Part shown: positions 61,716 through 64,000 of the stretch, one piece after another
How positions within the stretch are numbered: the first letter of the stretch is position 1
How the letters are laid out: the number at the start of each line of letters is the position of its first letter
IMG/VR virus record: IMGVR_UViG_3300045988_131075
Span: 29,671 to 93,670 of that record
Origin: a virus
Reading direction: 5' to 3' (one strand)
Length of the DNA stretch: 64,000 nucleotides
Notes under the pieces: model-generated
Databases searched by the model: none
Seen by the model: only the letters and a program-made list of their open reading frames with translations
What the model was told of the DNA's origin: nothing
Position numbers and translations under genes: made by a program

Positions 61716-61744
61716 ATTACTCCTTTCCATTACTTTATATAAAT

Positions 61745-61773
61745 ATTATACAATATTTTTAAATAAAAGTCAA
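61745..61773 (-). promoter_or_regulatory. Consensus sigma-A type promoter on the - strand: TTGACT, 17 bp, TGtTATAAT.
   Basis: Read from the sequence. The -35 hexamer is at 61768-61773 and the -10 hexamer at 61745-61750. Confidence 0.5.
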
Positions 61774-61801
61774 ACCGGAGCGACTTTTATCACTCCGGTT
61801 A
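61774..61801 (-). terminator. Intrinsic terminator after the Sak4 gene.
   Basis: The AACCGGAG / CTCCGGTT stem is followed by UGACUUUUAUUU. Confidence 0.5.
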
Positions 61802-61816
61802 TAAATTATATTTTAT

Positions 61817-62812
61817 TTACTTACTTTCCATTTGAGGAAGAAGATCATCTTTAATTTCACCAACAATTAAAGATACAAATTCTGCCTGTTCAGGAGTGGC
61901 GTCAGAAATTTTCTTGCCTTTACCCAAATATTTATCAATAATTTGAGTGATACGAGGACCAAAGAATCCAGGATTCTTATTCATCATATCTCCAGCAAGA
62001 TTTTGGAATTCAGCCATAAGTGCTTCATAATCATAAGTAGGAGCTTCAGGGGCAACGACCATCTTTTCATCAGTGACAAATTTACCACCATTGTCAGCTG
62101 CTTCCTTATCAATAGCCTCATGGATAGCATTAATAAGACTATCATAATTCATAGGAATTTCACTCTCGATATACTTAAAACGACCACCACAGTCAATAAG
62201 GTCATTACCAGAACGAAGAGTTAGGACAGACATTTGACCTGCCGCCTTTTGATGAGCATATCCATAAACATCAGCCATACCAGTGATAATAGTGCGAGTG
62301 GATTGAGAAAGATTTGGTCTTACTGCCATAACCTCAGTACCATCAGGGCGAGTCACAGTTTGTTCTTTTTCATGTCCGATAAAGAAAACAGCATATCCAA
62401 GACGAGTTAAACCTCTAAAGACTTCATTAAATTCATCTTTAAACTTAGACCAGCCCTTACCATAACCAAGGTCTCCAAGAGATTCAATCTGATTTTGATT
62501 ACAGATATATTTCTCACAATATTTAGCGGCTTCATCAATAGTATCTACAATAATAGCATTATACATTGCCTTTACTTCTGGACGCTTCAAATCACGATAA
62601 ACTTGCTTCATTTCTGCCCAAGAAGTAATGTCCGCGGCCATAACACCAGGAAGGCAGTTATAGCCTTGCTCAAAAGCTAAAAGCAAAGAATTCGGCATTT
62701 GAGTCGCCAAAGTAGTCTTGCCTGTCTTGGGCTTGCCATAAATAAAAGTAATATAACCAGAAAGATCTTTACTTACCTTATGAGGTTGAATTTTAGTTAA
62801 ATCAATAGCCAT
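61817..62812 (-). CDS. Sak4-like (AAA_24) recombination ATPase, 331 aa, with no TAG and higher-GC codon usage.
   Basis: It has a GKPKTGKTT P-loop. Confidence 0.55.
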   Translation of the reverse strand: MAIDLTKIQPHKVSKDLSGYITFIYGKPKTGKTTLATQMPNSLLLAFEQGYNCLPGVMAADITSWAEMKQVYRDLKRPEVKAMYNAIIVDTIDEAAKYCEKYICNQNQIESLGDLGYGKGWSKFKDEFNEVFRGLTRLGYAVFFIGHEKEQTVTRPDGTEVMAVRPNLSQSTRTIITGMADVYGYAHQKAAGQMSVLTLRSGNDLIDCGGRFKYIESEIPMNYDSLINAIHEAIDKEAADNGGKFVTDEKMVVAPEAPTYDYEALMAEFQNLAGDMMNKNPGFFGPRITQIIDKYLGKGKKISDATPEQAEFVSLIVGEIKDDLLPQMESK

Positions 62813-62959
62813 TATGTTATTTCTCCTTATTTGTTTTAATTATTATCTCTTTAAGTATTTCTTCTAAATTTAGTATATTACAAAAATCATCATATAAATT
62901 AACTTTAGCGCGATGACCTCTTATTGGGAGGTCATCGCTATTTAATGGCTAATTCATGA

Positions 62960-63907
62960 TTAGAATTTAAAACCTTCTGTAGCAGTGGATGCAACAGTAG
63001 TAGCAGTAGTGGCATTCTGCTTAGAAGCTTTATATTCATCTTGGCGCTGCTTCAAAGTAGCAAGATAAGTCTCACGTGCGGCCATAGCTTCAGTAAGTTC
63101 TTTCGCAGTGATAGAACTTTCATCATCCCAAACATAAGGCTCCTTAGCGCCACCGGTAATAACAAAATCCTTACGAGTGCTCTGAACTTCACGAACATTA
63201 TCGTCGCCAAATGCAGACTCTTCACGAATCTCACGCTTAATTACTTCAGATACCTGACGACCCCAAAGCTTTGTGAATACAGGCTCAGAAGGAGAAGCTC
63301 CAAGACCCTCATAATAAGCCATGGCTCCAGGATTAGTAGCTGTAAACTCAACAGGAAGTAAAGACTTGCGGAAATCAAAAATTGCTCCCTTAACAATTAC
63401 CTTTTCAGGAATATTATGCTCTTCATCAGCATCAACATGAGTTACATTAGTGATAATCATATCACACTTAAAAGTATTGCGCTGCTTTTCATCATCAATA
63501 AGAGTGGTAGTAGTATGAACAAATCCGCCCTCATTGCGCTTAGCGCTTACAAGCTCTTCCTTGCCGTTACGATCAGAATAAAATTCATTAAGACCAATCG
63601 CGGAATCGACACGAAGCTTAGCAGCTTTATCTTCTCCATCAGCCATATAATTACCAATTGTACCATCAATAATATTCTGAAGAATACTATATGTAGCATT
63701 AGGAGTGCCCTTAGTAGTAGTTTGAGTTACATAAGTAAAGTGAACCTGGACGATATTAGTAAGAGCATTATCAGTAGCAATACTAATAGTACCAGAAATA
63801 AAAGGAGTGCCGGGGTTCTTAGAATTTGGTCCGGTTACCTTATTTTCCAAAGCATGTTCGTACAAGATACCTTCAATATGAGTAGCATTTTCCATTACTT
63901 TCTTCAT
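62960..63907 (-). CDS. Putative ssDNA-binding or recombination-associated protein, 315 aa, with no TAG.
   Basis: It has a gene-2.5-like C-terminal aromatic tail, is adjacent to Sak4, and shares the same atypical codon usage. Homology was not recognised with certainty. Confidence 0.3.
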   Translation of the reverse strand: MKKVMENATHIEGILYEHALENKVTGPNSKNPGTPFISGTISIATDNALTNIVQVHFTYVTQTTTKGTPNATYSILQNIIDGTIGNYMADGEDKAAKLRVDSAIGLNEFYSDRNGKEELVSAKRNEGGFVHTTTTLIDDEKQRNTFKCDMIITNVTHVDADEEHNIPEKVIVKGAIFDFRKSLLPVEFTATNPGAMAYYEGLGASPSEPVFTKLWGRQVSEVIKREIREESAFGDDNVREVQSTRKDFVITGGAKEPYVWDDESSITAKELTEAMAARETYLATLKQRQDEYKASKQNATTATTVASTATEGFKF

Positions 63908-64000
63908 AAATAAATTTCTCCTTAATTAAATAAATTCAATAAATTAATATTTTTTCCTTTTTCTGTTAAAGTATAAATAATTGGATCTTGACTAACTTTT

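Noticed and set aside
62910-62938. 11-bp perfect hairpin (gcgatgacctc / gaggtcatcgc) between the SSB-like gene and the Sak4 gene.
   Set aside because: On the transcribed (-) strand it is not followed by a U-tract. It may be a processing or stability element but nothing supports a specific function.
43433-63913. Plus-strand track ORFs in the minus-strand module, for example 43433..43783, 43830..44036, 47299..47481, 47558..47797, 48922..49161, 53413..53643, 60271..60546, 61943..62224, 63041..63361 and 63416..63913.
   Set aside because: They are antisense to genes with strong homology (nrdG, nrdD, dnaE, helicase, dnaB, Sak4, SSB-like). They lack RBSs and are hydrophobic low-complexity artefacts.

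Overview
This window reads as a contiguous piece of a large, low-GC, double-stranded DNA phage of a Firmicutes-type anaerobic host. Strong AAGGAGG ribosome-binding sites, TTG/GTG start codons and an anaerobic nrdDG pair point to that host type. The dominant signal is codon reassignment. Almost every long gene on both strands carries in-frame TAG codons, while all real stops are TAA or TGA. TAG falls on the Gln position of a GIY-YIG motif and on a Gln-like position of an NrdD motif, which fits amber-to-Gln recoding (translation table 15). A standard-code ORF track therefore fragments the genes badly. Positions 1-39080 on the + strand hold a tail and structural module. It contains a TAG-free major structural protein, a roughly 2974-aa tape measure protein, several very large tail and fibre proteins including one of about 2567 aa, and an LL-H-type holin. 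Intrinsic terminators punctuate the module. Positions 39123-63907 on the - strand hold a DNA metabolism and replication module. It encodes an atypical LytTR regulator, a RuvC-like resolvase, dUTPase, NrdG, an intron-split NrdD (a group I intron carrying a GIY-YIG homing endonuclease), a guanylate-kinase-like enzyme, a DnaE-type polymerase, an HNH endonuclease, a Dda-like helicase, a signal-peptide peptidoglycan hydrolase, a RecJ-like nuclease, DnaG, DnaB, a Sak4-like ATPase and a putative SSB-like protein. The main things worth a second look are listed here. TAG density differs sharply between genes: the major structural protein, dnaE, primase and the Sak4/SSB block have none. The dnaE N-terminus carries a prfB-identical CUU-UGA-C +1 frameshift site. 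A possible LytTR plus ImmA-like switch region sits between the two modules. NrdR-box-like repeats lie upstream of nrdD. GC-rich palindromes are over-represented. No tRNA gene was recognised by eye in this window. The suppressor tRNA is expected elsewhere in the genome. All coordinates were derived by hand and may be off by a few nucleotides.
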